A DNA stretch of 30,100 nucleotides from Paramecium tetraurelia. Its lineage: Eukaryota. The notes beneath the pieces were generated by a model. It had not been told where the DNA came from, did no database searches, and saw only the letters and a list, made by a program, of their open reading frames with translations. The stretch is from assembly GCA_000165425.1 (NCBI GenBank), contig CT868075.1:62001-92100 (forward strand), in the 5' to 3' direction. Shown here piece after piece: positions 12,547 to 25,798 of this stretch. The position numbers and the translations under genes were made by a program. Every line of letters starts with the position of its first letter. Position 1 is the first letter of the stretch.

Positions 12547-15386
12547 ATGACAAACATTTAACATCATTTTAAACTAATCGTCACACAAACAATATTCTTA
12601 GCTGATCTGATCGAAACAACCATAAGTTTAAGCGTTTTATTTGTTCTTGTGATGTATTGGATTAATTGTAAATATGTTTCATTGAATTATTAGCTCAGAT
12701 ATCGAGTAATAATGAGACTATTATTGAAATAATGAAGGCTAATATCACTCTAACAGGTATTGATCTCTAACAAACTATTTCCTCTATTGGGTTTTTGTTC
12801 AACATTACCAAATTGACTCTTAATCAATAAGTGATTTCCTAACAAAATTCTACTTTGCAAACAGTTATAGGTGCATTTACAATTATAGAAAGGTCTTAAA
12901 TTGCATAGATCGAAGAGATTACTTCAATATCAAATCCGAATCTCCCTTATTATGTGATCTAACTTACTTCCAACAGTTTGTGTACTTCAAACAACACTTT
13001 AAATTAGTATAATTTTAAATCAACTCCAAATTGCACAAATAATCCGAAATTCTGTTAATTATTGCAGAACTCTTATGACGATTAGGGTAATTTTGATCTA
13101 TTTTTGTATATGAAAAATTAGAGGAAAGATTAAGTGGTATTTTATACTTTGTTTCCCTTTAACATTTAATTGACTTAAATTTGTGGTCTATTAGCAAATG
13201 ATTCCTTGTTTTAGTGTTTCATCTTGGATTTAGCAGAATATAAATAATCCGAGGGGATTTTGTATTCTACATTGTTTACAATAAATAATTCAGTAGTTTC
13301 AGATGTAACTGATGACTGCCTGAATGCTGAAATGAAGTGTAGTGCAGCTACAGAGTTCAATAATATGGATTTAGATTACTCGAACACTTAAGACATCGTT
13401 GAGTTTTTAGATAGTATAGACAAGGCTGATTGGTTGAATTAAATGCATCCTCTGACTCGTTATTATGAATCATCCAATCCAATTATTAGTTTATCAATGA
13501 TAGATATTAAGGTCTACTTTTATTAATCAATTCACATCGGAACATATGACATCGTAATAATTTATTGATTTCTATTAGAACGATGAATTCTATTCAGAGT
13601 ACAAAGAAGATTTAATAAATTAAACGAAAGAAGAGTAAGATAAACTAAATGCGCTTCAATAAAATTATGATAGATGGCAATTACTAGCTACATTCAACAA
13701 CAAATTGTATACAAATTTAGTAGAAACCAAACAGGAAGATTATTTTGATTTCTTTCTGTTTTTCTAAGTGTTTATTCTCTTTTTATTGTTGACTCCAATT
13801 TTAGTGAATATCATAACTCAAAATGAATTTGATTAAATTAGCATAACTTTAAATTAAGTATCCCTGATGATGTAAATGTTTTTTGAGTTGGATTATGATA
13901 CATTGCATAAAGACTTGAATGCATTTAAAGAATACTAAAAAAGTAGTTTAACTGAATTGAATGAATTGATCTAAATATTTGATGAGTTTTGTTGGTTGAT
14001 TGATTTCTTAAATCAATTAAACAAGAAAGTTCATGATTTGGAAAAGTTAGAACAAGGATTGCATATATTTTAGAAAAGGAACTCCATAGAATGTTTGGAA
14101 TTGATCTTGATGAAGTTGGTATCAGAACACAGTCGATAAAAGGATTATGAGACCGCTATCACATACAACAAACAACTAATCTCTATACTTGAATAATAAA
14201 AGAAAGACACATAACTGATAAAATCGGAGGAGATTATGAGAATAAACTATAAATTGTTTCAATCTCTAAATCAATTATTAGATCTATTATCAAAATTATT
14301 AATTCGGAATAAGAGTAGAGATAGAAATGCTTTCAACTAAGCGAAAACTTTATTCTCAAATATTATGGATTTTGCGGACACCTTGGAAATAAAGTTCACT
14401 TTACAAATTAAGTTATTCTTTAAAAAGTGCAAACTACTCTTCAATCTTAGGAAAATTAAGGAAGCTGAATAATGCATTGATTAAGCTCAATTAATTTTGT
14501 AATAAAACTACACCTTAAGTAAAAACGCATCTTACTAAAACAAAACATTCAATTAAGACAAAAAGCTATTGTAGGTTGTTCAATAGAAAATCTATTTCTA
14601 TAGAGGATTAATATATATGTCAAGCGGTTAAATACAGCCTGCCATCTAATAGTTGATGTTAGCTCTAGATTATGGGAATGTATATCAGACAAAATTAAGA
14701 GTAAAAACAATCAAGATGCTGTCAACATTACTTGCAAAATAAGAGAAATTTAAATCTGATAGTTAAATTTTAAAATAACTACAATACTTTTTCCAAAATT
14801 AAAAACGATAGTTTATATTCCTAATTGACTCCACATAAAGAATGGCTGAAAACCAACTTGAAGTTGTAGAAACCATCAAATAAGTATGAATTTAAATAAA
14901 TATAATTAGATATTTTAAATTATGAATGACGATGATTTGATATAAGTATCAACTTTTGATGAGTATACGCATGTATTAATTGAATCCTAATCAAAAATTA
15001 GTATCCTAGAAACTATGGGTAAAAATTATATGGAAGATGGATTTTTTGATTATTTAAGTGGGAGGTAGACCCAAAATTAGCGCAAATTATATTAAGGTAT
15101 TTTGGAATCCTTAAATCAATCCCTTCCTAAAAAATATACTAATTACTTAATTGTAATGACTTTTGGAGAAAATTATGCTGAACAAAATGATAAATTAGTA
15201 GAATTGTTGGAAAAGTTGAGAGAAGGATTCTGGCATTTCATATTGTGTAGTACATAAGAAAAGAAGTTTATGAATCAAAGGAATACATTCTATCGATTAA
15301 CAGATGAGGCCAGAGATGGGACCTATATTGAATTGTTTGCCAATTTTGAAGAAGGTTTAAGTAAGATTATTTCGCTGTGTAATTGA
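12547..15386 (+). CDS. Receptor-like membrane protein: TM - extracellular domain - TM - HAMP-like linker - TPR-like helices - C-terminal VWA-like domain
   Basis: Continuous code-6 frame after removing introns at 12668-12693, 13554-13578 and 14884-14909; TGA at 15384-15386. TM1 is TISLSVLFVLVMYWI and TM2 is FFLFFQVFILFLLLTPILVNII, with many N-x-S/T sequons between them. TPR-like IYFYRGLIYMSSGQIQPAIQQLMLAL. VWA-like strands FIFLIDSTQRM, IQVSTFDE and YLIVMTFG. The gene model is more certain than the domain names. Confidence 0.8.
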
Positions 15387-15421
15387 TATTATTTATTAAA
15401 ATTTTTATATTTTCAGTTAAC

Positions 15422-15804
15422 ATGTTTGAGGATGATTTTGATTTAGGGAAATAAGATGATTTGGCCAGGGAAGTGAAAGAGATGGAGGTGAAGGCAAATA
15501 CATTGCAAGAGAAATCGCAGCAAGATCGATATCTGGGTAATCATTTGATGGATCACTCTTAGAATTCAGCGAAATGGTATTAAATTCCTTTAAAATGATG
15601 GAGTAAAAATTTAATGAAATGGAATCTAAATTTAGCAAGGTCTTATAGTCTAAAAACAAAGAAAATACTACAAGCAACATCAGATAAAAAAGTGTTTCGG
15701 TTGGAAAGATCTACGCGCCTCCAAAAATATCAGTTGGTAAGATTTCTTTACCTAAACATTAACCCCCTCAATTAAAGAAAAGCATATTAAAAACAAAAAA
15801 ATGA
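15422..15804 (+). CDS. Small hypothetical protein (acidic/helical N-terminus, basic C-terminus)
   Basis: ATG at 15422 (MFEDDFDLGKQDDLAREVKEMEVK), intron at 15537-15562, ending QLKKSILKTKK-TGA at 15802-15804. Confidence 0.72.
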
Positions 15805-16079
15805 AATGAATTTAGTTACTATTACAACTATCTATATTTAATATTTGTTCAATAATTCTACAATTTATATATTAATATTCCAAATGTATTTAAATTAATA
15901 TAAATAAAGCAATTTTTGTATTGCAATACTACTAGGATTTAAAGAATGGTTCAAAAAAATAATTATTTTCTATTTTACTCAACCCTCTCTTAACTCAATA
16001 ATTTCTGTAAATATCTGTTGAATAGAACATTTTCTCCTCTAGGTGCTTGACATAAATACGTTAATTTATTATTAATTTT

Positions 16080-16131
16080 AGAACTTTCTAGCAAATTTAT
16101 GGATGTTTTATAAGTGGCTGATTCTCGAAAA
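16080..16131 (+). promoter_or_regulatory. Two heat-shock-element-like motifs upstream of Hsp110
   Basis: aGAActTTCtaGCAa at 16080-16094 and aTTCtcGAAa at 16121-16130 match inverted nGAAn pentamers, within about 70 nt of the Hsp110 ATG. Confidence 0.5.
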
Positions 16132-16145
16132 ATTTAAACTAATTA

Positions 16146-18724
16146 ATGTCTTAACTTGCTTCTATTGGTATTGACTTTGGTAGTTAGAGATCTGTGATCG
16201 CTGCAGCGCTAAAGGGAGGTGTGAAGATTCTAGACAATGAAGGATCACATAGAGAAACATAAAATGTGATAGGATTCACACTAGAAGAAAGATTCATTGG
16301 TGAACAAGGGGCCTTATAATAAAAGTCTAATTTCAAAAATTCTGTTGCTTTTTTCAACAGATTCTTAGGATTACATGGTGAACCTTCATTTAGAGCAGAA
16401 GAGACAAAATGGTTGACTGTTCCTACATCTATTAATGATTCTGGAAAAACCTTATTTGAGGTCAATTACCTTGGTTAAAAGACCACATTCACTCCTGAGT
16501 AACTGACAGGTTCTATGTTGAACAAATTAAAGCATGTTATAGTTCACAATGACATAAACGTACAAGCAAGTAATGTTTGTATAAGTGTTCCTGCATATTA
16601 TACTGAATCAGAGAGAAAGGCTTTGATTGATGCATGCAAGATAGCTGACATTCCTTTAGAGAGATTGCTCAATGAAACTACAGCCATTGCAATTAATTAT
16701 GGTTTATTTAGAAAAGCAGATTTGGATGCTGAAAAACCAAGACATGTGGCATTTGTTGATTTTGGACATTCCAAATTTTCAGCATTCGTAGGTTCATTCT
16801 ATAAGGAAAAGGCTTAGGTTGTTGCTCAAGTGAATGAGAGAAACTTAGGTGCTAGAGATATTGATTGGTTTTTATTTGAAAAATTCGCCACACAATTTGA
16901 ATAACAATCAGGTGGTCTAAATGTAAGAAAAAATCTCAAAGGAAAATTAAGACTATTGGAATCTATTGAAAAAGCTAGAAAAATATTGTCAGCTAATTCA
17001 GAGGCTCCAATTAATGTGGAGTATTTGGTGGAAGATGAAGACTTCAATACTTTAATAAAGAGAGAAGATTTTGAATAGATGATCTAGCCAGTTTTAAATT
17101 AGATTCAATAACAATTAGAATTTTTATTCAATTAAGTTTAGAATTTGAAATTGCAATTACATTCAGTTGAAATTGTGGGAGGAGCAACAAGAATTCCAGC
17201 AGTCTAAAGATTAATTGAAAAGATATTCAAAATTGAATAAGTATCTAGAACTTTGAATGCCAGTGAATCCATATCAAGAGGATGTGCAATGATGGCAGCA
17301 ATGAAGAGTCCAAATTTCAAGGTAACTGAATACAAAATTGAAGATTGCAACTATTATCCAATTAGAGTAGGTTGGCTCTATGGATAATAATTAAGTTAAT
17401 AAGATCAAAGCTAAGGATTGGTTAGATGTTTCCCTGAAAAACAATGTAAGGTCCTTTTCGATTAAAATAATGCAATTCCATCAATTAAGAGTTTCGCACT
17501 CTTAAAAACAGAACCAATCGAAATTTCACTATTCTACGACCCTGTCCCTGAAGGCTCTTAGGCCATTTTATGTAACATTAATAATTAATTTTAGAATAAA
17601 TTCGTATTCCTCCACAAAACCCAAAACACTAAGAACATTCAACTAAAATCAAGATCTTATTGAATTAAAATGGATTATTACAATTAGAAGAAATTGTATT
17701 GCAAGAAGAATTTATGGAAGAAGTTAAAGTGCCTGTATTAATATTTAATTTATTAATTAGATTGAAAAGCCAAAACCTGCAGAACCACCTAAGCAAGCAG
17801 AATAACCTAAACCAGCTGGTGATGCCTAATAATAACAGCCATAAGCAGCTGAACCTTAATAACCAGCTCCAGATGCTATATAATAAGAATAACCAAAACC
17901 AGAAGAACCATAATTTGAAATCAAATAAAAGAAGAAAACTATTTAAACTTAAATTAATTGCGAAACTACTTCATTAAATAGTATGTCTAAAAAAGACATT
18001 GATCATCTGTTCCAATAAGAATGTGAGATGTAAAATTAAGACAAATTGGTTCATGAAACTCATTTCAAAAAGAATCAATTAGAAGCCTACATTTATGCTT
18101 GGAGAGAAAATGTCAATAACAAGTATGCCCAACACGTTAAACCAGATCTCAAAGCACAAATTCTCAAAGATTTAGATGTGTAATACGAATGGCTCTATGG
18201 TGATGGTCAAAAGACTACAAAGAGAGAGTACTCTGATAGATATGATAAACTCGTTTAATTGTGTGGTCCAATAGTTACAATTGCTGAAGAGTTTAGACAA
18301 GTCCCTGAAACCATTCAACAAGCATTATAATATACTTCCAATTATGAAGCCTTTGTTACTTCATAAGTAATTTTTATTATTTATTATTGTAGGAATAACA
18401 ATATGCTCATATCACACATGAAGAAAGACAAATAGTTGCAAATGAAGTGAATGCTTTCAAATTATGGTGCAATTAAATTTTGGACGCTTTAAGCAAAGCA
18501 GATAAAACAGTCAGATTTACAACTTCAGTTTAATAAATCCAAACTAAATTTAATGAATTCAAAGATGTAAATATTTTGTAATAACATCGTAGAAATGTTA
18601 ACCAATCGTACTAAAGCCTAAACCTGAACCACCTTAAGAGGACAAAAAGGTTGAGGAACCTCAACCTTAATAATAACCATAATAAAACGAAGCCAATAAT
18701 AATAACAAAATGGAAACAGAATGA
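16146..18724 (+). CDS. HSP110: Hsp110/SSE-family chaperone (Hsp70 superfamily nucleotide-exchange factor)
   Basis: Motifs SIGIDFGSQRSVIA, ISVPAYYTESERKALIDACKIA, LLNETTAIAINYG, VAFVDFGHS, VEIVGGATRIP, SRTLNASESISRGCAM, KNQLEAYIY and EWLYGDG, plus a Pro/Gln/Glu-rich loop. Introns at 17572-17594, 17735-17760, 18367-18392 and 18567-18592; TGA at 18722-18724. Confidence 0.95.
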
Positions 18725-18795
18725 TTTATAATTAAATGTTATTGTTGTTAATGAGTAATTCAATAATTATATCTCATCTTTCTTTTTTAAGTAAA

Positions 18796-19300
18796 ATGAT
18801 ATTGTAAAATATACAATTGCTTAAACGCTAGGGGAAAGCAGAATTTAATTTATATGACGAAGAATTTAGAGATATTGAAAGCACTATTATTTAAATTTAT
18901 TAAGCTCCAATTACTAGGTATAAGATTGTAGAAAAGTAATTGAAGAATTTAATAATTTAAAATGATCCTTAGATGGAATATATTTATCAATAGCTATTGT
19001 AATGGTATCATAGTTATTCAGCAATTCACTGAAGAATTTTAGTTAATCAATAAAGATCAATAACATTTTATGATATTATTCCCTGAATATATTTATATTG
19101 ATCTTCTCTAAAAGATCTTATCAGTTCTTATCAAAATTTCGTACAACCTTTTTTGAAATTCAAGTGCAAATAATACATTTTATTTTGACATAAATAACAT
19201 TAAATTATCTTATGATTAAATAAGTTAATTCAGATTAAAAAATGGCTCTTTGAATACATTAAAGTAACAGAATACTTTGATAAAAACCTAAAAAAATGAT
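18796..19300 (+). other. Possible short or degenerate gene
   Basis: ATG at 18796 opens a 78-codon frame (MILQNIQLLKRQGKAEFNLYDEEFRDIESTII...) ending in TGA at 19030-19032. Coding-like sequence continues in another frame, but I could not join the two with a canonical intron. Confidence 0.3.
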
Positions 19301-19488
19301 GTGATATAAATTATAACAATAAAAATTAAGGAGATTAATATAACTTAATTTATTTTTCTGATTTATTTACATTAATTCAGGAAAATTGTAATCAAAAGGA
19401 AGAATATTGAGAATTAAAAATTATAGTAAATTTTACTATTCTTAGACTTGATCAATATGTTCATATATATATATGCATTATATTCTTC

Positions 19489-22400
19489 TCATGGCTTTTG
19501 TTCTTCATTTTAAAGAGCTTCATCGAACACAAATTCTTCTGGCACTTAATTAGGTGGAGCAGGTTATTAATTTACAACTTGTTCAATGATTGGTTATTTT
19601 GGTTTAATAGTGAGAGAAATCACATCAGCGGGTTATGAAGGTTCACTATCAATTAGCATAACCAAACCTTATTTACGATCCTATTTGTGAAATCAAATAA
19701 ATACTTTGAGAAGTGGTTAATAACGACTTCCTTCTAATAATTAAATATGTTTTTTTTATTTATCTAAGATTCTGCAAGGGTTTGTTAAAATATATTGATT
19801 TGGTTCATCCTTTGGTGCTGCCTATTTCTTCTCTTGTTCTTCTATGAGACTTGGTTATCTGATGATTTCACTTGGTTATTACTCTAAACTCATTTTTGAT
19901 TATTCTCTTGATATGACACCTTAAGAAGCAGAATCAATTTGTTTTTTTTCTAAATCCTTTTTATTAGTTCTGGCTCTCACTTTCTAAGTTGTACTTAATT
20001 GTACGGTCTTTTTTTCAGCAATTGGCTTTTCAGATTTTTTTTATGGAGGAGGATAATCGAAAACCGATTATTTAGTGTTACATTATAACTGAAAGTCTTT
20101 AGGAATATCAAGGCTAAAATAGAATAAATATAGTATAATACTTTTCATTTAAACCAATAAAGGAAACTGGTTATAAAGCAATAGATATCATACTTAAACA
20201 AGGATACCAGTACCAATAATTTAAGAACCATAACATACCTACACAAGCATTCAGTTTTGGTACTCCTTATCTACTTTATAATGAGACTGTCAAATTTCTA
20301 CCTCCACAGTCTAAAAAGCCTTAAAAAATGGCTAATCCCAACTTCGTTAAGACAGTCTCGTGCTTTTTTGCAGCAATTTCATTTATAGATTTCATGATTG
20401 GCTCGAATTTAGGTTCCTAATCTTTGTTTCCTTAAGAAAGAATCATTCCCAAAGCTATCAATGCGCCTTGTCTTACAAAATCTACTGTATCAGTTAACAT
20501 AGGCTCAATTGCAGATATAGCATCTGCATAAAGAGTGCCAGCACATGCTATACCCAAAGCTATGGCTGTTCCATATCTGATATGGGGATTGTATGACAGT
20601 GTCAATAATCTCATAATTTTTGGCAGAGATTCATAATTCTTAAACATCAAGAAACCAAAGGAGATGACTGCTGCTCTTCTAACATCTTCAGAAACGTCAT
20701 TAACTGATATGGAAAGCAATTTTTAAATAATTTTATTGCTTCCAGTGCCAACATATGCAAAGGCTAAAGTGAAGCAACCACCATATCTAATTAATGGATC
20801 ATTTGATTGTAACATTTGATCAATAATCACATCAGCCTTGTCCTCTTAATGAAAGAGTATACAAGCAATTGATAATGATAAAGTTCTAACAATCTTGTCT
20901 TTGTCTGATTAACCAGCTAAAACTAATAGACGCTTGCATTATTCAATAGATCCTGATCCAGCATTCAATAAACCGAAACCAATGCTGGCACCTTCTCCAT
21001 AAACTGATTCATTTTTTGAAACCAAATTATGGTAATCTTAATTCAATTTTTCATCTTCAGAAGCAAATGCTACCAATCCTGATCCTAGACAAGCACCGTG
21101 AATTATTTATTCTTTTTAAGATTTCATATGATCTGATAATTTGAGTTAAAGTTATTAATCTTAAGTTCCAAAATGAATAAGTCCTAACCCATAAAGAGCT
21201 CCTCCTATTTCAAATGGATTTGTCTAAGACAAATGTGTTGCCATAATTTGTTAGGATTCTTCTATATTGTATTTGTGAATCATTCCCAAAGTAGATGTGG
21301 CGGTGAATCTCTACCAATAATTACATTTAGTAGCCCATTATTAATTTGCCTGTAAGAATGAGGTATCTTATGTGCCTGCAGTGGCTAAAGCATGGCCAAA
21401 CATGCATGCTCCATGTAAAACGCTTGATTGTTTTGGATCATTAGAGCCTTTGATTTTATTCAAGACTTCAACATCTACTTATTTGTGATTCTTCAAAAAG
21501 TATAGATATGCTTTCCTTTGTTATTCTCCTGATAACAATTTAATTAATTTGTCTCTGACTTCTTGGAATTGTTGATCTATAGGTAATGCTGCTATGATCT
21601 TTTGTATAAATTGAGGTTTTTAGTTTTATGCCAAGTCTATACATAGTTACTCAGCTAGAAGCAATGGAGTACCAGTTTATAATTTATAATGGTTTTCATT
21701 TATTACTAAAGTCCAAAGGATTTCGGCAACTTTGATAGCCTCTCCCAATTGAATTAAGACTGTGACGAATTAACCCCATTCTTCATTTGGAATTTGACCT
21801 TGTTTTGCCTCTTCATAAATTAGATCAACTGAGAGTCTTAACAGTTACTCTTTGAATTATCCTCTTTATGTATTGAAGAGATGAAGAACAGATATCATTT
21901 TACCAGGGTATTTCCATTTATTAAGAATTTCAGCAACCCAATCAATCCTCTTGCATTCAACTGCTACACCTATAGCAGATATGTGATTATTTTATCCACA
22001 TGACAATTCTAAAATATGTTTAATTAGTCTTATTCTTTCTTCAGTTGCCTTTCCTGATTAACGATATTATTCAACACAATGTTTTATTAAACATTGATTA
22101 AATTTATCATTCAAATCTGATTGCCAATAATGTCCGCTCTGCAAAGCATAATTAAGAGACTCATCAAAGTTATCTAGATGGTATTGAATCTTGGCGCATA
22201 AATAAGATGCTAATTGTCTTTCTGGAAATTTTGGATCTTCGCTTAATGATTCTCTAAAAGAAATATAAATTTTGGATTTACATCTAACTAAGTAATTCGG
22301 ATATCTCTGACCAGTGTTGATCCACCTAGTTTAACATTTCTTTCAATGCTAAAATACGAAGATCATTATCCTTTTCCAACAAAAGAGTATTGAAATTCAT
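19489..22400 (-). CDS. RPN2: 26S proteasome regulatory subunit RPN2/PSMD1
   Basis: Start MNFNTLLLEKDNDLRILALKEMLNQVDQHWSEI. PC repeats DVSEDVRRAAVISFGF, SYNPHIRYGTAIALGIACAG and DFVRQGALIALGMI, then CGGRNLTVSL, NPCRIL and C-terminal PEEFVFDE. Introns at 22254-22281, 20114-20141 and 19681-19704; TGA at 19491-19489. Confidence 0.96.
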
Positions 22401-22610
22401 AAATTTAAATTGTAAATAATACTAATCTCAACATTCACTTAATTTTTATTCTTAAATCATGTCAAATTTATAATGTATATTAAATTTATTGTTTACCTGA
22501 TTCAAACTTCAATAGTTTGGTAGTATTTTATCTGAATGACATTAATTGATCATAAAAAAAGAATTAGTTATCTATAAAATATACAAAATTAATTATTATT
22601 TTTATCTAAC

Positions 22611-24374
22611 ATGATAAATGTCAATAACAATTTAGAAGATGAATTTGATGGACTCACAATAGAGAAACTATCAGGTATTAAGAGATCTGTTTTATAATCT
22701 CGAGATGTTCATGATTGGTTTAAGAAAAGGTTTATTAGTTTGTTGTAATTTCAGATATAATGATAAAGTCAAAAAGAAATATTTATATTTTCCTGAAGAA
22801 ATAAAACAATAGTTGGAAGTTAAGAAGATCTTCTAAAATTTCGACCAAAACAAATCAAGTATAGAAGTTAAATTTAATTTAGACAATTTGGATATGAGTG
22901 AGTTATATGAAATGTTTTAAAAAAATGGTTTCAAAATCACTGAAGAACAATCACAAAAGTTTTTCAAAATTGTTGATAAGGATAGAGATAGTAATTGATA
23001 AATGTAATCAAAGATGCTTTAAATTGGAGCGAATTCAAAAATTCAGCTTTCAACGAATAGGCTGCACAAGGTATAATCTCTCCAATAACTTTATAGTCTT
23101 CTATGAAATAATGAAAGAACTAAGAGAGAATATGGAAAAAGAACAAAAATTAGACAGTTCTTCTCCTGCTGGAAAATACATGCCATTTACTTTTAACAAT
23201 ATGATCTCTTATCTAAGCTATCTGGCAAGCAGAGATGAACTAAAAAAAGCCATTGATGTTTCAAACTATCCCTCTAATTTAGGACACTTCCATAACTCAG
23301 TTGGAGAAATTCAAGAAATACATGGAAATGATCAATTTAAATTCAACAATAAGCGTCTAAAAACGAAATCAATCAACACCCGAAGTTGATATCCTTCATG
23401 AAGAAGTAGGAGAATGCCAAAATCTCGACCAAGAATAAGAATTTATTAAGAGAAATGAACAACGGTTTAACTTATACAAAAACTCCTGTAACTGCTCCCA
23501 TATAACTTAGTTTATAATTCTCAAAGTGCTTCAAAGAGTCCCAAATCCTAAAAATAACCCAATGTGATGCCAAAAGAATAATTATTGAGAGTACCCAAAA
23601 AATTAAGAGAAATTGATGCTATTGTAAGATCACATCAAATTCCTGAGACTTAAAGCCTATTTAAATTAAAAGAAAAAACTAATAACTCAATCATAAAATT
23701 GAAACAAGACGTATCTAAATATATACATTTAGCTAAAACCTAATATAATATAAATGTTGATGAGTTATAAATAGTAAAAACTTCTTAATAATTTTATAGT
23801 AAAGCACAAAAAGTAAACCTCCCCTTACTTTGAAAATCAGGAACTTCGAAGAAGACTTTAAAAATGCATTGGCAGCACACCAAATGTCATAAAGTAATTC
23901 TGAACCCTATTTTAAATTCAACGGGTCATCAGTTTAAGAACATCAATTGCCAATTCTTGAAGAACAATCAAAGATTATTACCAATCCAAACTTATTTGGA
24001 GATCATCTACCAATTTCAGTTTATAAGAATTAAGAAAATTTTAAAGAACATAACAAAATTCATTTAATTCAAATACATGTAAGTCTTTATTCAAAACCTA
24101 AAGTGATGTATAAGATACAACATTATTAATAGTTTACAAAAACTGCTATCAGTCAAAAATCTAGATCTTAAGGAAGATTATGAATATTCAAAATCATGAG
24201 AAATTCTAATTTAGTGTCCCTCAAACTGCTAAACCAAATTAACTGAGAAGCTAAGTCAACTGCACCCTAATTGAGAGTAGGAACTAATTATGGAATGAAA
24301 GTAATTTATTTAAAATTATCTTCTCTAGAATCATCAGAAAGTAGAGATCCAACCTTTACTAGGCAAATCACTGA
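22611..24374 (+). CDS. EF-hand pair-containing protein with a long unknown C-terminus (intron-rich)
   Basis: After splicing, the two loops read DQNKSNNLDMSE and DKDRDNALNWSE with flanking helices (VKKIFQNF, ITEEQSQKFFKIV). At least 7 small introns. The 3' exon structure is uncertain: the stop is at 24372-24374 or 24409-24411 depending on the last intron. Confidence 0.78.
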
Positions 24375-24407
24375 TCAAATAATGAATTATTTTTTTTATT
24401 TTTTACA

Positions 24408-25755
24408 ATGAGTGAAGAATTGAAAGACACTTTTGATGGTTATTTAATGTTTGACTTCTCTAATTTTCATGGTTTGATGGCTTAAACATTTGACAATGAG
24501 GAGATTGACATTCCAAGAGTAGAAAAACAACCGAAAAGAAAAGCATATAACATTCCTGGTCCTTATCTAGATAGTCCTCCAATTGAATTTGAACGTAAGA
24601 AAATCAGTTAAGGAAGGCAGCGGCGATTGTAGTGAAGGAATTTTATTTAATGGATAACTGGGTGAAGACGATATTCCAGAGGTTAATTTAGATGAAGATT
24701 GCTTATCAAATTTCAATTATTCCACTTCTGGGTTCAATTTATTAGCGAACCTTGATTTTGAACCTGATGAAGATGCTTATGATAATGCTATTAACGCTAC
24801 AAGTGAACCGAACTCTTTACATCATCGAAATTCTAAAATATCAAGAACCAAAAAGATATCAATTTTTTCTCCTACTCTACAATTTGATGACAATGTTGAT
24901 CAAAAAATATAAATGATAACTTTGCAGAATATGGAATTATTAAAAAAAGAAGATCATTATGACATTGATGATTTCTATAAATTTCTTACATCCTTAGATT
25001 TCTTGAATGTTTCTAATCAGAAACATAATGATGATTTGATGAAAGTCGACTAATTATTTCATTTGGTTTAAATAAGATAATTTTTTGATAAGATGGTCGT
25101 GATCTTATTTTAAAAGACTGATTAATCACATTCCATAAGCTACACTTCTAAATTGGACTCTTTTAAAGAGAAAATGGATCACTTCATTAATCTAGTTCAA
25201 TATATGGTTGATGATGGAACATATAGACAGAAATCTTTGAGAGATCAGCATGTCTTTAAAAAAGATTATACTCTAACAATGTCAGTAGCATTTTTTAAGG
25301 GATTAGAAATTATCTCTTTATACAAATCATTGTTGATGCAAAAAAATATGCAAGATAGATTAAAAAAAGTACTTAGTATTATCCTATTATAGTATACAAC
25401 AGCAAAGAAGAATTTACATTCATATTGGAGATTGTGGGGACTTATCAAAGAATTTGAGATTTCTTTCGTTTAGAAAAATATTCAAAAGTCCCCTAATCTT
25501 ACAAATTCTACCTTAGGCAACTAAAAAGAATCAGTTGAATTAGCAATTCTAGATCCACATGCAAAAATTCAGATTGCAAGAAATAAAGATAATAATAATA
25601 AAATATCCTTGTAAGGCTTTGATAAATATCTAAATAAACCTTGTTTAAAAAATACTAATTATTGTTTTGCAGGAAAATGGAATCAGAAAAAACTCCAAAC
25701 TAGTCAATATTCAATCTATTATTCTAATAACTAATCAGACTAATTGGATTATTGA
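24408..25755 (+). CDS. Hypothetical protein (~430-440 aa; acidic N-terminus, helical middle)
   Basis: ATG at 24408 (MSEELKDTFDGYLMFDFSNF). A 22-nt intron at 24595-24616 restores the frame, which stays open to TGA at 25753-25755 and includes ORF-track fragment 25153-25392. A possible in-frame 24-nt intron lies at 25369-25392. Confidence 0.72.
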
Positions 25756-25798
25756 ACTATGATATATCATTATTACACAATTAAAATTTTTATTTTAA

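Noticed and set aside
15417..17047. Minus-strand ORFs 15417-15680, 16184-16465 and 16826-17047
   Set aside because: These are antisense to the plus-strand small gene and Hsp110.
17770..17915. TAA-rich quasi-repeat resembling a repeat array or terminator
   Set aside because: It encodes the Pro/Gln/Glu-rich loop of Hsp110 under code 6.
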